From: Nymphaea colorata
Taxonomy: Eukaryota
Assembly (NCBI RefSeq): GCF_008831285.2
Contig: NC_045138.2
Location: 25,606,001-25,670,000, forward strand
Direction: 5' to 3'
DNA length: 64,000 nt
The stretch's first letter is position 1, and each line of letters begins with the position of its first letter. This document shows positions 58,801-64,000 of the stretch, in pieces. The notes under the pieces are model-generated. The model had not been told where the DNA came from, made no database searches, and was given only the letters and a program-made list of their open reading frames with translations. The position numbers and the translations under genes are program-made.

Positions 58801-61115
58801 TTGTCCAAGAGCCACCTAGCAGACACGACAATGTTTCAACACAAGAGACACATGATATAGGTGCAAATGATCTACTCTCACCAAACAATGAGGCTGAAAG
58901 TCAACAGCCTACAGGACAACGGCCGTTCCAAGGAACCTCCAATATTCATTCAATGGTAACTCGGGCTAAGGTTGGTACCTTAAAACCAAACCCTAAGTAT
59001 TTTTTGGCCTTAACGGTACCACTTGAACCCAAAACTGTTAAGCAGGCCTTTAAAGATCCAGGTTGGGTCGCTGCTATGAAAGAAGAGTTACGTGCCTTGG
59101 AACAATGCCACACTTGGACGTTGGTACCTCGCCAATCAGGTATGAACATTGTTTCAACTCGTTGGGTCTTTAAAACCAAACTCAAAAGTGATGGAACGGT
59201 TGAGTGACTCAAAGCTAGACTGGTTGTGCGCTGGTTCAACCAAGTGCCTGGCATTGACTTTCTAGAAACCTTCTCTCCTGTTATAAAGCCAGCAACTATT
59301 AGAATTGTGCTTACTATAGCTCTTTCTCACAACTGGGATATTCGACAAATGGATGTCAAAAATGCCTTCTTGCATGGTGATTTGGATCAAACTGTATTTA
59401 TTGAACAACCACCAGGATTTCTTGACGATCAAAAACCAAATTATGTGTGCCAGTTACACAAAGCTCTCTATGGTTTACGTCAAGCTCCAAGAGCATGGTA
59501 CGATCGGTTCAGAACTTATCTTCTCTCAAAAGGTTTCTCTCCAGCATCTCTGATTCCTCGTTATTTATCTATAAAGAAGGTCATGGTGTCATACTTTTAT
59601 TATTGTACGTCGACGATATCATATTAACTGGCAGCAACCCTATGCTACTTGAAGACTTCATTCGAGATATTAGCAAGGAGTTTTCTATGAAGGATCTTGG
59701 TTATCTTCATCACTTCCTTGGCATAGAAGTGATCAAATTTTCTGGAGGGCTCTTCCTCAATCAAAAGCGATATGCCTATAGCCTGCTGGAAAGAGCAAAT
59801 ATGACATCGTGCAAACCGGCCGTCACTCCCTTGGTTCAAAATTACAAAAATCTGGTTGATGACATACCTTTTTCCGATCCGACACTCTTTCGAAGCTTGG
59901 TGGGAGGCCTCCAATACCTCACGTTCACGCGGCCTGACATCTCCTTCGCTGTGAACTTTATCAGCCAATACATGCAATCACCCATGGTCAGCCACTTTCA
60001 ACTACTTAAAAGACTCATTCAATATGTTAGTGGTTCCATTGATATCAGATGTCATTTACATTCGCAAGTGTAACTCCAACTTCATGCCTTTTCTGACTCC
60101 GACTGGGTGGGATGCCAGGCAACACGTCGCTCAACTACTGGTTTTGTTACGTTTCTTGGCACTAATCCTATTTCATGGACAGCAAAGAAGCAACCTACAG
60201 TGGCCAGATCTACCACCAAGGCTGAGTACCGATCAATGGCATCTGCTGCTGCCGAATTAACCTGGATTACATATATCCTCAAAGACATCGGACTCTATCT
60301 CCCAGAACCACCGGTCCTCTACTGTGACAACATGTCTGCACTTCAAGTCTCTATCAAACCGGTTTTTCACTCTCGCATGAAGCATGTCAAATTAGATTAT
60401 CATTTTCTAAGGGAAAAGGTTGCACTCAGTCTTCTTACGACTCAATTTGTTCCAACGACCCAACAGGTGGCCGACATTTTCACCAAGGCTCTCTCTCGAA
60501 CCACTTTTGAATTTTTAAGAGGCAAACTAGCGCTTTCCATACTGCCGCCTAGTTTGAGGGAGGCTGAAGAAAATAGAGGCGATATCAGTAAGGAAACTCT
60601 TGATCAAGAAAGAAAGGAGGAAAACAGAGGAAGTCAGCGTTACAATGCCAAAGAGGAAAACAGAGGAGTCAATGAAGAAACTCCATCCAGCCATGACAAT
60701 GAAAACAGTAACGGCTGTAATCACTATAATGCCAACAAGGAAACACCAGCCCATCATGACGCTGGAGACAGTAACGATTGTAATCATTACCATGGAAAGA
60801 AGGAAACATTGTCATCTGGCCAACCGTGTGAAGAAAGAAATACAAAGACAATGGCTGGCCAGGCAGCTGTCAAACAGAGAGACACAACTCAACAAAGAAA
60901 TAACGACTGTAAATCAGATACAGTTTCCTTCTGTAAAGATCGATATAGATCTTGTAATTCAAGAAATAATGATGCTTGTAATTCTATTATAAATAGAAGA
61001 AAGAACCAGGCCTATCGTCACTAAGAACGATAGCTGCCCTTGTGGATGTAGGAGTGATTTTACACCGAACCACGTTATATCAGGCGTTAGTCCCTTAAAT
61101 CTCTGTTTTTCTTTA
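55821..61115 (+). mobile_element. Full-length, decayed Ty1/Copia LTR retrotransposon (Ale/Retrofit-like). LTRs 55821-56380 and 60565-61115.
   Basis: 5-bp TSD ACTAC (55816-55820, 61116-61120), PBS TGGTATCAGAGC (tRNA-iMet) at 56381 and PPT gagggagg at 60556-60563. The LTRs differ by 6 substitutions and 3 indels by eye. Domain order is gag-PR-INT-RT-RH. Confidence 0.97.
56404..61024 (+). pseudogene. Disrupted Copia gag-pol polyprotein
   Basis: Zn knuckle CQICSKRNHTALNC, protease WFPDTGASAH, WHQRLGH..CSSC, integrase HCDLWGP/QTDEGGEF/GMAER, RT LLYVDDII, RNase H SDSDW/AEYR/YCDN/QVADIFTK. Frameshifts near 57190 and 59535, and in-frame stops at 58788, 59205 and 60071. Confidence 0.93.
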
Positions 61116-61146
61116 ACTACTACAGTTACAGACCTCCTCCGTGTCA

Positions 61147-64000
61147 ATGAATCGATTAGAAACTCCTTTTGCAGTACTGCTGTTTGCGGCAGCAGCCATG
61201 GCTTACAACATCCAGGCGCTCCCGTCGACAAGCATCTGCTATGAAGGCTTGAACAAAACGACCGACAAAACCATACTGTGGAAGTACAGAGATAGGATTC
61301 TTCTCTCGCTGGCAGCTGATGTGTCTGTTACCGGATTCGCAGCGGCGAGTGCCGGCCAACCTCCCCATCAACAATACGGCCTCGCTATGTGCCTGGGAAG
61401 TTCCTCCCAGGAGGCCTGCCAGAGCTGTATTTCTTTTTTACGGCTGCGTTTGGATGATTTTGATTGTGAATCAAGCACTTTCTCGGGGGAGAGCTGTTTC
61501 CTGCGGTTATCTTCTGTAAATGTTACCGGAGTCATGGACTACCAGATGCTAGTTGCGATCAGCTCCGGTGGTAACGCATCGGATAACGCTGCTCTTTACG
61601 ATCAGATGTTGAAAAATTTCCTGAACAACCTAACTTTCGTCACTCTAACCAGCGGGCAAAGCCTGACGTTTGCAGAGGGGGAGATTAGGTTCAACTCTAC
61701 CAGCAAGATACACGGCCATGTGCAGTGCACGAGGGACATCTTGTTGGGAAACGTAATGCGGGCCCTAAATATAACTCAGCTACAAACTCGAATTTATAAG
61801 GAGAAAATCCAGCAGAGTCTCGACGTCCAAACTAATACTCAATAATAACTTTGGCAAAATATACTTGAACAAGTAAATTATTTATTCATCAAACTGGATA
61901 TTACAAAAGCGGGCTTAAGAAAACTCACCTCGGCTCACGCAGTGAGCTAACACACCCAACGCCCTTGAAGCTTCAACACTCAAGTTCACGAAGTGAACAC
62001 ACCAGCACTCACCAGCTCACAAAGTGAGCACACACTAAAACTCAACCCAACTCACAACGCTCAACCCAACTCACAATTTTTCACACAATCTCACCATGGC
62101 CCAACGTCCCTATTTATAGGGAGAGAAAGTCGGTGGATGAAGCTTCCACCGATTTCCACATTGTTTCTTTTTTTAATTATTTTTTTTTCTTTTTAATCAT
62201 TACCGACATTATAAGCACCGACTTTATAAAGGAGAGGCTTGTACCGACTCTCTACCACCGACTTACAAAAAACGGAAGAGGCTTGTAGTCTCTTGGGTCT
62301 TCTCGACCCTTCTCAAGAGTCGGTGATGACTCTTTTCAATCTCCCCCTCATTACCGACTCTTGACTCAGGACACTTAACATTCTTCGAAGCTTGGTGAAC
62401 GTTTGCACTGGCAGGCCTTTGGTAAAGATGTCAGCAACTTGATCTTCTGAAGCGATTGGCTGCAATTGAATTTCTCCTCTGAGTACCTTTTCTCTGATAA
62501 AATGATGTTCCACTTCTATGTGTTTTGTTCGAGCATGGAAGACAGGATTTTCTGCAAGTCTGACTGCACTTTGATTATCGCAGTAGAGTCTCACTGCATA
62601 ATCCACGTCTTGTTTAATGTCTTTCAGCAGTCGCATCAACCACACACATTCTTGTGCTGCTTGAGATGCTGCTCTATATTCAGCTTCTGTTATAGACAGT
62701 GAAACTGTCGAATTCTGGACGAAGTCTGCGAATAAATATTCTCCGTATACGGGCCTCACTGATCTTTGACTCAGGATCAATTTGAGATATCTCTCTACAG
62801 ATATTTTTAACCTTCATAAAATATTCTGCTATCGACATGCTTCCTTGTGTTACTGTAGCTAGATCATTTTCTAACAATTGTAGGCGGGCATCATTAGCTT
62901 GAAAAAATAGGGTTGCAAAAGCATCCCATGCTTCTTTAGGAGTCGTAGCATCTCGTATATGCTCTAATAAATTTTTCTCGATTGATACCTTAATTGCAAA
63001 TAAAGCTTTTCCTGCTTTGATCATCCATTTCTTCTTCGCTTCCTCGTCGACAGGAATATTAGTGTCTGATCCCAATACAATCTCCCATAATTCTTGTCCT
63101 AGAAAATACGACTCCATACAAGATTTCCAATAGCCATAATTACTATTGTTAAGTTTCTCAATATTGTTTAATGCAACTGCTAATGCCGCCATAATTCCAG
63201 GATATAATTATTCCAATAAATCAGCCCTCAGACAGAACCTCGCTCTGATACCACTTGTTGGATAACGTAATGCGGGCCCTAAATATAACTCAGCTACAAA
63301 CTCGAATTTATACGGAGAAAATCCAGCAGAGTCTCGACGTCCAAACTAATACTCAATAATAACTTTGGCAAAATATACTTGAACAAGTAAACTATTTATT
63401 CATCAAACTGGATATTACAAAAAAGAGCTTAAGAAAACTCACCTCGGTTCACGCAGTGAGCTAACACACCCAACGCCCTTGAAGCTTCAACACCACACCC
63501 AACGCCCTTGAAGCTTCAACACTCAAGTTCACGAAGTGAACACACCAGCACTCACCAGCTCACAAAGTGAGCACACACATAATCTTGCCATGGCCCAACG
63601 TCCCTATTTATAGGGAGAGAAAGTCGGTGGATGAAGCTTCCACCGATTTCCATATTGTTTTTTTTTTTAATTATTTTTCTTTCTTTTTAATTAGCACCGA
63701 CTTTATAAAGGAGAGGCTTGTACCGACTCTCTACCACCGACTTACAAAAAACGGAAGAGGCTTGTAGTCTCTTGGGTCTTCTCGACCCTTCTCAAGAGTC
63801 GGTGATGACTCTTTTCACATCTCCATGGCTAATTGCAGCGCTTGCTGGCGAAGCTGACCGAATCCTTCATCCAGGAAAATCTGGCAGCTCGAGGGACGAG
63901 AGCGATATTTTGCTCAGAAAATTGCGTCATAAGGTACGAGTTGGAGAGCTTGGCGGCGATTCCACCACCCGCTTTGCCGCCACCAATTCCCGCCACCAGC
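61147..64000 (+). pseudogene. Cysteine-rich repeat (DUF26/Gnk2) protein gene, CRK-like ectodomain, disrupted. It continues past the window edge.
   Basis: Signal peptide and a first DUF26 with YGLAMC-X8-C-X2-C. Removing the element plus one TSD copy restores HGHVQC-TRDISMAN-C-SA-C. A further frameshift near 63846 precedes CSENCVIRYE and a Pro-rich linker. No TM or kinase region is in the window. Confidence 0.88.
61742..63817 (-). mobile_element. Internally deleted, non-autonomous Copia element (2076 bp). 5' LTR 63817-63256, 3' LTR 62338-61742.
   Basis: TSD CATCT (61737-61741, 63818-63822), TG...CA ends, tRNA-iMet PBS at 63253-63242 and PPT gagggggag at 62349-62341. The 917-bp interior holds only the gag N-terminus (KLNNSNYGYWKSCMESY) and the RNase H C-terminus (TEAEYRA, YCDNQSA, QVADIFTK). 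Confidence 0.95.

Overview
Flowering-plant nuclear DNA with spliced genes. Left to right: (1) the 5' part of a LAFL-type (LEC2/FUS3/ABI3-like) B3 transcription factor gene on the minus strand that runs off the left edge; (2) plastid ribosomal protein S5 (2 exons, minus); (3) a 15-exon plant-type BUB1 kinase (plus); (4) an intronless phytosulfokine-receptor-like LRR-RLK; (5) a 6-exon RabB/Rab2 GTPase; (6) two tandem mitochondrial ADP/ATP carrier genes, with signs of gene conversion and a doubled leader splice donor; (7) a truncated Copia 3' end; (8) a full-length decayed Copia element with non-canonical TG...TA LTRs inserted about 30 bp upstream of the ATG of a DUF26 (CRK-like) gene; (9) a 2.1-kb internally deleted Copia element inserted antisense in the coding sequence of that gene. 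The most notable signals lie at 52-64 kb: two LTR promoters converging on a 0.6-kb DUF26 fragment, a two-hairpin structure shared by two dissimilar LTRs, a pol frame open for about 153 codons into the LTR, and an LTR rich in DRE/CRT motifs. All exon models and alignments were made by eye, and family assignments come from motif recognition without database searches.
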